The notes below the pieces were generated by a model. It did no database searches. It saw nothing but the letters and a program-made list of their open reading frames with translations, and was not told the DNA's origin. DNA of 64,000 nucleotides from Octopus sinensis. Taxonomy: Eukaryota. A program made the position numbers and the translations under genes. Below are positions 11,679 to 24,470 of the stretch, piece by piece (the first letter of the stretch is position 1; every line of letters starts with the position of its first letter). The stretch spans positions 2,356,001-2,420,000 of the forward strand of contig NC_042998.1 of assembly GCF_006345805.1 (NCBI RefSeq). Direction: 5' to 3'.

Positions 11679-12450
11679 TACAAAAGAGGGCTGTAAAGTT
11701 CCTGGCTTTGGGTAAAAGAAAACACAAGTGGATTAATTAATTATGATTTAATTGAACATATTCCCCTCTCAGATTTCCACACTTATTGTAGTGTTCTTTC
11801 AGTTTTTCTAAGCCCTTTAACCCTTTTATTACCAACCCGGCTGAAACTGGCTCTGGCTCTGAATACAAATGTCTTGTTTTCATAAGTTTTGAATTAAAAT
11901 CTTCCACCAAACATTAGTCACAATTTATGTGTCTAACACTAGCTGAATGATAACTAAGTTATTTTACTAAATTCTTTGTTATATTTAAAGTAATTGAAAG
12001 AAACACAGAACATCTCAACAGAAATGCAGTAATGAAGGGTTAAAAGAACTCAGACGGTTGGGCCTCCAATCAGGTCTTTTATGATACTCTTAAGGCCTGC
12101 AGCTTTTCAGCCTCACCTTCTACATCCAAATGAGTCAACACCCATCTCTTGTCAGCTTTTTCAACATGTCATGTCTCTTCAAAAGTTTTGTACCTGACTT
12201 TCTCATTTGCAGCTTGACCACAAAACTTTTGATTTCATCATCTTTTCTGGTGAGGAGACATCTTGATCTTAAGATTTTGAAGAATTTTCAGCTGAAACAT
12301 TAATCGATCTGCTAAATTTTGATTCCTGAGATAGATGAGAAGCAAAATCAACTCCAGCAAGATTTAGACTGGGGGCATAGAATGGTGAAACTAAATACCA
12401 CAAGGTATTTCATCTGGCATTCCTGCCTCTCCATTTACCAATGTTCAAAC
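11679..12450 (-). mobile_element. Degraded mariner-like remnant interrupted by a TTAA MITE
   Basis: TA..GAGGGCTGTAAAGTTCCTGGCTTT TIR-like end. Minus strand gives PFYAPSLNLAGVDF (degenerate PPYSPDLAPSDF). Confidence 0.45.
11821..12039. mobile_element. piggyBac-like MITE (TTAA family 1), 219 bp
   Basis: TTAA|CCCTTTTATTAC ... GTAATGAAGGG|TTAA, with TTAA at 11817-20 and 12040-43. Confidence 0.85.
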
Positions 12451-12859
12451 ACTGTCACATAATAAATTTGAGATCAAGTTTTTAAAATGTTCAAGCATTT
12501 AGTATGGAATTCTAAGTTTCAATTATATTCTTTAGAATTTGCATCACACTTAGATCCATCTTTTTGTCCATATCTGTGCATTGTGGTGTGTTGTTTGAGA
12601 ATCACTACCCTTTCTCTCTCTCTCTCATTGTTACTCTATCTTTCATTTTTTAAATCTTCGTACTCTGTCTCTCTGTCAACCTTTTGTTACCCTTCTCTTT
12701 CTCTCTCTCTCTCGCTCTCTCTCTCTCTCTGACCTTATTAAGTACTCTCGATTTTTTACATGCATCTCACTCCAGTTCTTGCAGTCTATCTCTTGCATCT
12801 TCCAAATAAAGTCCATCTCTACCTTTCCCTTTATTAATTACTCTTTCTTATTCTTGCTG

Positions 12860-12886
12860 TCTATTTATTTGTCTATCTGTCTGTCT

Positions 12887-12918
<32 letters not shown>

Positions 12919-12981
12919 GTATGTATGTATCTATCTATCTGTCTATCTACCTGTCTGTCTGTCTATCTACCTATTTATCTG

Positions 12982-13036
<55 letters not shown>

Positions 13037-13125
13037 GTCTATCTGTCTATCTACCTGTCTGTCTGTCTATCTACCTATTTATCTGTCTATCTATCTATAT
13101 ATCTGTCTGTCTGTCTGTCTATATA
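12860..13125. repeat. (TCTA)n/(TCTG)n microsatellite
   Basis: Direct reading. Confidence 0.95.
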
Positions 13126-13594
13126 TCCACCCTCCATCTCCTTTATCCTCCATATACATGCCCTTTCTCTCACCCTCTCCATCTCTTCTCTCCCTCCCAC
13201 CCCCTCTCTCCTTTTTCACTCTCACTCCCTCTCCACCCATCTCTTCTTCTCAAACCCCTTTCTCTCTCTCTCTCTTTCTCTAGCATTTTATTATGTCTGG
13301 AAATCACTGAATTTCCTTATACAGTTCCCAGTTCTTTGGTACCTACTCGTAGCCAACCTGTCTGGAATGTGTGTTAATGAAGAAGCCTTTGATTCCATTC
13401 AGCTTGTTCAGAACAAGAATGCTGCTCTTCTTAATATATTTGGTCCATAAAATGCCACAGATTATATACAAGCAAAATTCATGAAAATTTTTGGAGAGCT
13501 TTATTCGTGTTAGTCTAGTTTTTATAATCACGTTAAGAATATTTCAGAGGTAATGAAATAGTCTTTCAAAAGCTAAATTAGCTTTTTATAAATA

Positions 13595-14160
13595 TTGGGT
13601 TGTCTGGAAAGTTTGTGCCGATTTATAGTAGCTTACATTTCGACTTATTTTAGAACATGGTTGAGTCCATAAAATAGGATTTGACTACACCTCCATTTAG
13701 AGTACAGTTTAGGTTATCTTTTTGTGGAAGAAGGTTTATGTTCCTATAACCTGTGTTAATTCTGTAGCCCTTTAAAATGGAAGATAAGGAAGTTCATTTT
13801 CGGCACTTGATGCTTTGGGAACCAGACAGAAATTGCTGCAGCTCGGCTCGGATGTGTTACCCCACCCTCCATATTCACCAGGTATTGCTCCTTCGGATTC
13901 CCACTTATTCAGGTCTCTGCAGAATAGTCTTAATGGTAAACATTTCAGTTCCTTGGATGACGTAAAAAGATACCTTGATGAATTCTTTGCCATGAAACCA
14001 CCTCAATTCTGGGAAGAGGGTATTTTCAAGTTAAAGGAAAGATGGAGACGCATTGTGCAACAAAATGGTTCATATTTGGTTGATTAAAAATGTAATGGCA
14101 AGTATTTATTGGCCTTTTTCTTTTCTTTAAAAATCGGCACAAACTTTCCGGACAACCCAA
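13595..14160 (+). mobile_element. Internally deleted mariner (566 bp) with intact TIRs and TA TSD
   Basis: TTGGGTTGTCTGGAAAGTTTGTGCCGATTT / AAATCGGCACAAACTTTCCGGACAACCCAA. MEDKEVHFRHLMLWE is fused to ...HPPYSPGIAPSDSHLFRSLQN...LVD*. Confidence 0.95.
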
Positions 14161-15012
14161 TACATAGGTGTGAGCATGACTGTGTACTTATGAAGCTCAG
14201 TTTGCAATCACATAGCATGGGTTCAGTCCCACTGCATGGCACCTTGGGCAAGTGTCTCCTATTATAGCCCTGAGCTGGCCAATGCCTTGTGAGTGAATTT
14301 AGTAGATGTGTGGAAACTGTGTGCAAACCTACCGTGTGTGTTTGTGTGTGTGCATGTATGTATGTGTTAGTGTGTCTGTGTGTGTGTGTTCATGCGTGTG
14401 CGTATATCTGTGTTTGTACCCCACCAACATTTGACTGATGATGATGATGATGATGATATATATATGTATCTATCATTCTTTCCCAGCATTATAAAATATT
14501 GACAAAAATCAATCAGTTAATTGAAACCTGCTAAGACTTCTAATATGATCAATATCTCTTATTCTATAATGGAAATATTTTAAAGAGTATATTAAATTCT
14601 GCATCAAAAGAATAAAAACTTTTGCTTTTCAATAAATATCCAATTTTGGTGAAATATTGGCTGTGTTGTGCCATGTCTTGAATCCTTATTAACTATTGTG
14701 GTCTTGATAGAGGCCTGGTGTCCAAGTAAGAACAGAAATACTCATTTCCCTGTTTTCCTATCATTCACTGGTTTCAGTCATTGGACAATGTGAAGGCTGG
14801 AGTGTTGCCTTGAAGGATCTCCGACAAATCAATTGACTTCAGCAGCCTTCATTTTTTTTCAAAGCTGGTACTTATTCTATCAATCTCTTTTTGCTAGACC
14901 ACTAAGTAACGGTGATGTAAACAAACTAACACTGGTTGTCAAAAAATGGTGAAAGAGGGAAACACAAGCACAAAGACACAGACATTTGCATATACACACA
15001 TATGTGTATATA

Positions 15013-15061
<49 letters not shown>

Positions 15062-15064
15062 TGT

Positions 15065-15460
15065 CTCTTTTACTCTTTTACTTATTTCAGTCATTTGACT
15101 GCAGCCATGCTGGAGCACCGCCTTTAGTCAAGCAAATTGACCCCAGGACTTATTCTTTGTTAGCGTAGTACTTATTCTATCAGTCTCTTTTGCCAAACTG
15201 CTAAGTTACGGGGGCGTAAACACACCAGCATCGGTTGTCAAGCAATGCTAGGGGGAAAAACACAGACACACAAATACACATACATATATACATAAACGAT
15301 GGGCTTCTTTCAGTTTCCGTTTACCAAATTTACTCACATGGCTTTGGTCAGCCCGAGGCTATAGTAGAAGACACTTGCCAAAGGTGCCACGCAGTGGGAC
15401 TGAACCCAGAACCATGTGGTTGGTAAGCAAGCTACTTACCACACAGACACTCCTGCGCCT
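15065..15460 (-). mobile_element. SINE family A
   Basis: Full-length reverse match. Confidence 0.9.
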
Positions 15461-15518
15461 ATATATATAGAGAGAGAGGGGGAGAAAGAGAGAGAGAGAG
15501 GGGAGAGAGAGAGAGAGT

Positions 15519-15550
<32 letters not shown>

Positions 15551-15935
15551 AAGAGAGAGAGAGATACATACATACACACATACACATAACTATATATTAA
15601 AAACTAAGTATTGGAGGAAAAAAACTTAGTTCAAAAACAAAATTACACATTTCCCTCACCACCATCACCACCTCCCCCTGCTCCCCCCTTCAACTAATCA
15701 CATAGAAACGTTACGGACGGACTAAGTAAGGGAGGAACAAGCAGAATTATTATAACATAATTTCCAGTTTTTAAATTAACAAATAGGTGCAAGTGTGGTA
15801 AGAAGTTGTCTCTCCAACCACAGGGTCCCAGGTTCAATCCCACAGCATGACACTGTGGCCAAATATCTTCTACTATAGACCTGGGCTGTCCAAAGTCTTG
15901 TGAATGATTTGTTGATAGAAACTGAAAGAAGCCTT

Positions 15936-16155
15936 AAGGCGGCGAACTGGCAGAAATGTTAGCATGAAATGCTTGGCGGTATTTCATCTGCTGTTATGTT
16001 ATGAGTTCAAATTCCACCAAGGTCGACTTTGCCTTTCATCCTTTCGGGGTCGATAAATTAAGTACCAGTTATGCACTGGGGTCGATGTAATCGACTTAAT
16101 CCCTTTGTCTCCTCTATGTTTAGCCCCTTGTGGCCAATATAGAAATAAGAAACTA
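15936..16155 (+). mobile_element. SINE family B (central domain resembles the Meta/RUDI-type domain)
   Basis: GGCGGCGAACTGGCAGAA head, GTTCAAATTCC B box, GACTTTGCCTTTCATCCTTTCGGGGTCGATAAATTAAGTACCAG core, (AGAAATA)n tail. Confidence 0.8.
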
Positions 16156-16294
16156 AGAGAAGCCTGGCATGTATATGTCTATATAAATGGTGTTCAGGAT
16201 AAATTTGATAAATTGGCATAAAAGGAAAAGAAAACACAATATTCCATCCAAAAATAAAGTATTTAAAAAACATTTTAAAATATCAACTAGATTA

Positions 16295-17050
16295 TGACTG
16301 GGAGATAACAGTTTACTCAAAAGCAGCCACCATCAGCTTCCCCCATGGCATTAAGATGGCTGTGGTGCCTGGGGCATCCATTCCTCACTGTGTCCCTGGG
16401 AAAATTTTCAAACATCTCCTTCATCTCAGCCACCAGCTCAGCCCTGGTGTTGCAGGCAGGATGAGTGATGTCTTTCTCAGCTGTGACCCACACATAATAA
16501 TCCATGCAACTTCAATCAGGGTAACTTATGAGGCCGGAAATTGGGGCTGGCAAAGTTGTGCAAATTCCCCAACAATCACTTCTGAGTTTTCTGGAGATAT
16601 CAGAAGGATCCAAATCCTGATGTCACGTATATGGCCATCTCCTTCATCTCAGCCACCAGCTCAGCCTGCTGGTGTTGCAGGCAGGATGAGTGATGTCTTT
16701 CTCAGCTGTGACCCACACATAATAATCCATGCAACTTCAATCAGGGTAACTTATGAGGCCGGAAATTGGGGCTGGCAAAGTTGTGCAAATTCCCCAACAA
16801 TCACTTCTGAGTTTTTCTGGAGATATCAGAAGGATCCAAATCCTGATGTCACGTATATGGCCTTCCAGTGCAATCATCTCTAGCCAGGGGTTGACCACAG
16901 TTTCCAGCAGCTTCACATAGCCATTTGAAATAGGCCTAAGGCTCTGTTCAAAGATATGAACAGAGACTTAGGCTCTGTTTGAAAGCTCATCTTTTATCCT
17001 CCTGCACCAATATGGAAAAACATTTCAGTTTCCATTTAAAAATTGGAATT
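16295..17050 (-). mobile_element. Tc1/mariner-superfamily (maT-like) transposase C-terminal remnant with internal ~224-bp tandem duplication
   Basis: MDYYVWVTAEKDITHPACNTRAELVAEMKEMFENFPRDTVRN... Duplicated unit 16413-16635 / 16636-16861. Confidence 0.7.
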
Positions 17051-17571
17051 TATTTCTAAAATTCTTTCAAAAAGAATGAAATTTAATGTGAGAAAAGATC
17101 AAATTTGTTGGATATCAACCTTATATATGAAACCTAAGATCTCATGGTTGACTGATGTATATTTAATGCCATTTCACACTTAGTTCATTTATTATTAATT
17201 GAGAATTTGTAGTTGATAGATTCAGTTCAAAGGATAGCAGAAATGCTTTAGGGTTCAATAAGTTGTATTTATTTGATTCAAGTCATTCAGTTCTTTGTGA
17301 TCAATAAAACTAATACCAGTGATATATTTGTCACTATTGGTTAATTTGGTTTGCTATACTCACCTATTGTCCTTTGCACCTAATTAAAAAAAGAATTCCT
17401 TATCGCTAACTAATCAATGATATTACTACTGTATTGATTAATCATATCCAGTAGGTATATATAGAAAACACAAAGTTTAACCAGTAAATTCTAGTCTGGC
17501 AGACAGAACTGGTTCTAACCCAAAAAGACAAAACTCTTTCACTAGAATTTAGACATCAACAGGATAATCCT

Positions 17572-17640
17572 GTATGCACGTATGTATGTATGTATGTATG
17601 TATGTATGTATGTATGTTGTATGTATGTGTGTATGTATGT

Positions 17641-17676
<36 letters not shown>

Positions 17677-18916
17677 TGTATGTACGTATGCATGATGTAT
17701 GTATGAGTATGTATGGTGTATAGTATGTAGTATGTAGTTTTGTTATGTGTGTATGTATGTATGTATGTATGTATGTATGTATGTATGTGTGTGTGTGTGT
17801 GTGTGGTGTATGTATGTATGTATGTATGTATGCATGCATGCATGCATGTATGTATGTATGTGTGTGTGTATGTATGCATGCATGTATGTATGTATGTATG
17901 TGTGCATGTGTGTATGTATGCATGCATGCATGTATGTATATATGTATGTGTGCATGTATGTATGTATGTATGTGTGTATGTATGTATGTATGTGTGTATG
18001 TATGTATGTATGTGTGTATGTATGTATGTATGTATGTGTGTATGTATGAATGTATGTATGTATGTGTGTATGTATGTATGTATGTATGTATGCATGTATG
18101 TATGTATGTATGTATGTATGTATGTATGTATGTATGTATGTATGTATGTATGTATGTATGTATGTATGTATGTATGTATGTATGTATGTATGTATGTGTG
18201 TGTGTATGTATGTATGCATGCATGCATGTATGTATGTATGTGTGTATGTATGTATGTATGTATGTGTGTATGTATGTATGTATGTATGTATGTATGTCTG
18301 CATGTATGTACATATGTATGTGTGTAGGAATGAATGTATTTATGTATGCATGCATGCATGCATGCATGTATGTAGGTATGGTGTATGTATGTATGTATGT
18401 ATGTGTGCATGTATGGATGTATGTATGTATGTTGTAATGTGTGTATGTATGTATGTATGTATGTATGTATGTATGTATGTATGTATGTATGTATGTATGT
18501 ATGTGTGTATGTATGTATGTATTGTGTGCATGTATGTATGTATGTATGTATGTATGGTATGTACGTGTGTATGTATGTATGTATGTATGTATGTATGTAT
18601 GTATGTATGTATGTATGTATGCATTGTATGTATGTATGTATGTGTGTATGTATGTACGTTATGTATGCATGTATGTATGTATGCATGTATGGCATGCATG
18701 TTGTATGTATGTATGTATGGTTCTGTATGTATGTATGTATGTATGTATGTATGTATGTATGATGCATGAAGCCAGTCATGCATGTATGCGCCCATGTATG
18801 TGTATGTATGTATGTATGTATGTATGTATGTATGATGCTGCATGCATTTAGTATGTATGTATGTATGTATGTATGTGGGTATGCATGCATTGCATGTATG
18901 TATGCATGTATGTATG
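17572..18916. repeat. ~1.35-kb (TATG)n/(TG)n microsatellite
   Basis: Direct reading. Source of the YVCM/HTYI pseudo-ORFs. Confidence 0.98.
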
Positions 18917-18984
18917 TCTCCCACTCACAGATTGCACTTATAATGTACGAATTAGCTGGTCAATATCTCTCCTGAAAATCCCAG

Positions 18985-19252
18985 TTTATCCTGCAGTGCA
19001 TTGTGTCCTTGAGCAAGATACTTTATTTCATGTTGCTCCAGTCCACTCAGCTAGCAAAAAGGAGTAGTATCTGTATTTCAAAAGGACAGCTTTGTGACAT
19101 TCTGTGTCGTGCTGAAACTCCCTGAGAACTATGTTAAGTGTATGTGTGTCTGTGGAGTTCTCAGCCACTTGCACATTAATTTCCCAAGCAGGTTGTTCTG
19201 TTGATCAGATCAACTGGAATCCTTGTTGTCGTAACTGATGGGGTACCAGCTT
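18985..19252 (+). mobile_element. SINE family C (5'-truncated, tail type 1)
   Basis: TGTGTCCTTGAGCAAGATAC...GCTCCAGTCCACTCAGCTAG core plus the tail of 9531-9830. Confidence 0.75.
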
Positions 19253-19349
19253 TTTTTATCTGGCATCCCTCACAGCCCCATGGATGCTGTGAACATATCA
19301 ACTCATCTTTCCTTTGAGGAATATCCATGAGTGGAGAAATGGTATGTGT

Positions 19350-19659
19350 TTGTTGTTTGTTCCTTCTCGAGCCATGCCTGGCTCATAAGGGCCGGTTTCC
19401 CGGTTTCCTTGGCGTATAGGTTCCTCACCTGGATGGGATGCCGGTCTGTCGCAGGTGAGCTGCAAGATGCAGGAGGAAAGAGTGAATGAAAGTTGTGGCG
19501 AAAGAGTCAGCAGAAGTTTGCCATTATCTTCTGCCAGAGCCACGTGGAGCTTAGCTGTTTCACTCATAAACACACACATCATCCGCTCTAAGATTCGAAC
19601 CCGCGATCCCTCGACCGCGAGTTCGCTGCTCTAACCACTGGGCCATGTGGTTCCACTAG
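19350..19659 (-). mobile_element. SINE family D (tail type 3) with 11-bp TSD, inserted in a degraded RTE fragment
   Basis: TSD ATGGTATGTGT at 19339-49 and 19660-70. Head GGCCCAGTGGTTAGAGC...GGTTCGAATC. Rejoined flanks read EKWYVYLGSVFASG (RTE YLGS motif). Confidence 0.85.
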
Positions 19660-20384
19660 ATGGTATGTGTACTTGGGCTCGGTATTTGCGTCTGGAAACA
19701 GCTCAGACAAGCGGATGGTTAAGTTACTGCATTTGCAATACTGTCAATCATGAGGAGTAAGAACATCCATTTTGACTTTTGTGGCAAAATCCAAGAAATT
19801 TACCATTCAAGTATGATGAGCTGACTTCCACCATGTGTGTCTGTGTGTCATTTTCCTGATGCATATCACTGAAAGACACAATCAGAAGTGAGAAAACACC
19901 ATGATGATAATGATGATTATAATTATGATGAGGATTAGAAGAGGAAAATGTTAATTGCCATATTCAGCTTAATTGTGATAAATGTAATTCTGTAGATGAT
20001 GACGAAAACGAGGCTATTCATCATCATCATCATCATCATCATCTTCATCATTTAATATCCGTAGTCCATACCGGCATGGCTTGGACAGTTTGACCAGAGC
20101 TGGCAATCTGAGGAGCTGTACCAAACTCCAGTCTGATTTGGCATGGTTCTTATGGCTGGAAGCCCTTCCTGATGCCAACCACTCTACAGAGTGTGCTGGG
20201 GGTTTTTATGTAGCACTGCGTGGGTGCTTTTACATGGCACCATATGGCTGCTTTTATGAGGTGTCACAGGATTTTACATGATGCCACACAGGCACTTCTA
20301 AGTGGTACAACAGCAAAAGTAGTAGTAGTAGTAGTAGCAGCAGAAAGGATTATTATTATTATTACTATTATTATTATTGTTATT

Positions 20385-20762
20385 ACTCTTTTACTTGTTT
20401 CAGTCATTTGACTGTGGCCATGCTGGAGCACCTCCTTTGAGCAAATCGACCCCAGGACTTATTCTTTGTAAGCCTAGTACTTATTCTATCAGTCTCTTTT
20501 GCCGAACTACTAAGTTACAATGACATAAACACACCAGCATCAGTTGTCAAGCAATATTGGGGGGACAAACACAGACACACACATATATATATATACATAT
20601 ATACAACGGGCTTCTTTTCAGTTTCCATCTACCAAATCCACTCACAAGGCTTTGGTTGGCCCGAGGCTATAGTAGAAGACATTTGCCCAAGGTGCCACGC
20701 AGAGGGACTGAACCTGGAACCATATAGTTGGGAAGCAAGCTTCTTACCGCACAGCCATGCCA
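20385..20762 (-). mobile_element. SINE family A
   Basis: Reverse match. Confidence 0.85.
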
Positions 20763-20820
20763 GTACCATATCCACATGAAACCAAGGAAATTTTGTTATA
20801 TGGCTCAAAGAAATTGAAGC

Positions 20821-20856
<36 letters not shown>

Positions 20857-20967
20857 GCTGAAGTTGACTTTGCCTTTTATCCTTCCAGGGTCAATAAAAT
20901 AAGTACCAGATGAACACATCCCCTCCCCCAAAATGGCTGTACTTGTGGCAAAATTTGAAACCACTAA

Positions 20968-21530
20968 TGTTATTATTGAGAGAGTAGTGCATGCGATCAA
21001 AGTGACACTGGGGTACAATTATGCGAAACTCAATATACCCATCATGACTAAGGGTACCCATCGTGATAAGGGTACACCAGGCACATGCATCACAGCCATA
21101 CAGGTGCGACATGATGATCTCCTATCAAGATAAACATGACTTTGCAGGTGGGGCCCATTTTCTTCAGGTTGGGTAGCCCATACCACTCAAAAGGTCCTTG
21201 AATAAGGATTATTTAAGGATATTAAATGAGACACCCATATTTCCAGAGGTGAATTATTCAAACCTACAAGAATTCCTCAAAACCAGGCTATGATGCCCCC
21301 CACTCTCATGCTTGCATTCAGAGATGCACATACCGTTAAACCACCCAAGGGACTGACTCAACTGGTTAAGGTTAAAAAAACGACAAGAAAATCTGTGGTA
21401 TTGAGCAGAATATTTAGCGTAGCCCATCTTTACATACCAAGAAGACAAAACATATGAGAGCCACTGCCTGGTACTGCATCAGGGCATTTATTATTATTAT
21501 TATTATTCTTATTGTTATTATTATTATTAT
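20968..21530 (+). mobile_element. Non-LTR-type 3' end with (TTA)n tail (homologous fragment at about 1215-1375)
   Basis: Shared CAGAGATGCA...GGTTAAGGT...AATCTGT.GTA.TGAGCAGAATATTT block. Ends in an ATT-repeat tail. Confidence 0.55.
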
Positions 21531-22399
21531 TTGAAAGAAGGAAAACAATGACCATATTCAGCATAATTATGATTACTGTAATGCTGCAAATGATGATAGT
21601 AGTGGTGGTAATGATGACAACGATTCCTCATAAGCTATTACCATAATGAGAAGCTGTTGAGAAACCAATAATGAATTCTTAAGAAATCCTGCTTTCACAC
21701 TTTTAGAGTAAGTTATGCCATTTATATTCATACAAATGATGATTAAGAGTCAAAAATAATCGTTTTGCTCAAACACTACTGACACAAAAGCCTAATTTTC
21801 AATGCATGATACAAAAAACTTGTATTGCCATCCAATCATTAATTAATGCTACTGCAGTAATTAATGATACTTCAACAATTAATACTACTGCAAAATTGCT
21901 GCACAAAATAAGTAGACTTGCTGTCTCTAATTATTAATACTAATCGGTTGGTTGTAAACAGGAATTTTGACAACCACACCTCAATGTTTGATATGCACTG
22001 GTGAGTGTGTGTGGGTGTGTGTGCGTATGTATGTATGTATGTATCATCATCATCATCATCATTTAGCGTCTGTTGTCCATCCTGGCATGGGTTAGACGGT
22101 TTGATCAGCATGGACAACAGCAAGCTGGGGAGCTGCACCAGACCCTAGTCTGATTTTGCATGGTTTCTATGGCTGGATGCCCTTCCTAACACCAACCACT
22201 TCACAGAGTGTGCTGGGTGCTTTCACGTGGCACTGCACAGGTGCCTTTAAGTGGCGTCACACGGGTGCTTTTATGTGGAACCATGTAGGCACACTTCTAT
22301 GTGATACCATCATGAGTGCTTTACACCACCAGAGGGAGTGGTAATGCAAAACTGAGTAGCATGTAGGGAAAATGTTTTCAGCTTTAATAAAAGTACATA

Positions 22400-22454
22400 C
22401 AAACACACACACATGCACGCACACACACACACACCACACACACACACACATGCA

Positions 22455-22529
<75 letters not shown>

Positions 22530-22530
22530 C
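22400..22530. repeat. (CA)n microsatellite
   Basis: Direct reading. Confidence 0.97.
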
Positions 22531-23439
22531 AGAATGGACCATTGGTTCACAAACTGAATTTAATCCTGAACGCTGTTTGTCAACTGAGATGTTCGTAAAC
22601 TGAAGCTATTTTTCCCATCGGAAATTCAAGAGGGGCCACAGAGAATTCAAGCAGGGGTGTGCAGTGAGCAATTGACGCTTTCACGCTCATACTCCCAGTT
22701 TGCTATCAACCATTGTTCCAGGTTTGTGCGTTCGTTACTTGAGACAGCGTTCATCACCTAAGACATTTTATGTTCAAAAAATTTATTTCTTTATTGCCCA
22801 CGAAGGGCTAAACATAGAGGGGACAAACAAGGACAGACAAAGAGATTAAGTCGATTACATCGACTCCAGTACGTAACTGGTACATATTTAATCGACCCCG
22901 AAAGGATGAAAAGCAAAGTCGACCTCGGTGGAATTTGAACTCAGAACGTAACGGCAGACGAAATACCTATTTCTTTACTACCCACAAGGGGCTAAACACA
23001 GAAGGGACAAACAAGGACAGACATAGGTATTAAGTCGATTACATCGACCCCAGTACGTAACTGGTACATATTTAATCGACCCCGAAAGGATGAAAAGCAA
23101 AGTCGACCTCGGTGGAATTTGAACTCAGAACGTAACGGCAGACGAAATACCTATTTCTTTACTACCCACAAGGGGCTAAACACAGAGGGGACAAACAAGG
23201 ACAGACATAGGTATTAAGTCGATTATATCGACCCCAGTGCGTAACTGGTACTTAATTTAACGACCCCGAAAGGATGAAAGGCAAAGTCGACCTCGGCGGA
23301 ATTTGAACTCAGGACGTAATGCCAGATGAAATACGGCTACGCATTTCGTCCGGCGTGCTAACGGTGCTGCCAGTTTGAAAAATTGTTCGTAAACAGATTT
23401 GTCTGTGATGAGAGATGTTCATAAACAGAGGTTCCACTC
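22530..23439. mobile_element. Tigger/pogo-like MITE split by a SINE trimer
   Basis: Ends CAGAATGGACCATTGGTTCACAAAC and (reverse) GAGTGGAACCTCTGTTTATGAAC, TA at 23440-41, internal GTTCGTAAAC repeats. Confidence 0.6.
22784..23373 (-). mobile_element. Tandem trimer of SINE family B (184 + 184 + ~222 bp)
   Basis: Units start at 22784, 22968 and 23152. Only the last carries the tRNA head. AAAAATT flanks both sides. Confidence 0.92.
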
Positions 23440-24244
23440 TATACACACGCACGCACACACACACACACGCGTGCTTGTGTATGTGTGCATGCATGTGTGT
23501 ATGTCTGTGTGGGCGTGTGTGCATGGGCGCGTGTGTTTGTGCGTGTGTGTATGTGTGTGTGTGTGTATGCGTGTGTATATTGGCTCATAAATATAAATCC
23601 GAAATATAAATCCACATCATTGTTCAGACATCGTCTTAACCTCTTGCCAACGTAATTTACGTAAGAGTTTATCTAATATTTCACTTCTAACAGTTTTGCC
23701 ATCATAAAACAATGGCAGCGAACTAGAAAGCGACAATTTAGTGTAAAATATCATTTTGTCTCCGTTCCTTTCTGCTTTGTAACTAAGCAACGAAAGCTGT
23801 GAAAACATACGTCAGTGCTTGGATGTCCATCAATCAATTCAATCGATTGGAACTGTCGACTGGAATGAATGAGAGTGAGTGGGTAAAAGATTGTTTGGGT
23901 TCGCTCACTTGGGTTAAACTAAACCAGTTGGGCCACTCGTCGAATCATAAAATGTACTTAAATGCGCAGACTTGTAAGAGAAACAAATACAATTAAAAGG
24001 GTTGGGTTGTAGATGAGGTTGATGATGATGATGATGATGGTGGTGGGAGCAGTGGTGGTGATGACATAATGGGATAAAAAGAGGTTACATGTGTGTTAAT
24101 ATATTATGAGTGAAAGAGAAAGAGAAAGAGAGAGAGAGAGTAGCACACAGAAAGAGAGAAATGCACCATTCTACATGTATGCACACAAGAATATGTTTCA
24201 TACACACCCAAACTTATGCGTGATTGTTTAATATTCAGTGATTT

Positions 24245-24470
24245 AGGCAGAGAGCTGGCAGAATGGTTAGCATCGCCAGAAGAAATGCTTAGCAGCATTT
24301 CATCCATTTTTATGTTCCGAGTTCGAATTCCACTGAGGTCAACTTTGTTTTTCAGCCTTTTGGGAGTCGATAAAATAAGCCCCAATTGACCACTGAGGTT
24401 GATGTATTCGACTTCCCCCTCCTACGAGGGGTGTGGCGGGCCTTGTGCCGAAATTTGAAGCCAATTATTC
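24245..24470 (+). mobile_element. SINE family B, older copy
   Basis: GGCAGAGAGCTGGCAGAATGGTTAGC head and GTTCGAATTCC B box. Confidence 0.75.

Noticed and set aside
13343-13531. Host exon candidate (either strand)
   Set aside because: Frames are interrupted by stops, splice sites are inconsistent, and no family is recognisable.
17549-18924. Long ORFs (up to 444 aa) of HTYI/YVCM repeats, and similar ORFs at 10049-10631, 12779-13450, 35168-35677 and 49301-49690
   Set aside because: Microsatellite read-through: these repeats lack stop codons in several frames.
23716-23730. Shared 13-mer GCGAACTAGAAAG with about 57220
   Set aside because: A 13-bp match is expected by chance in 64 kb, and the flanks do not align.
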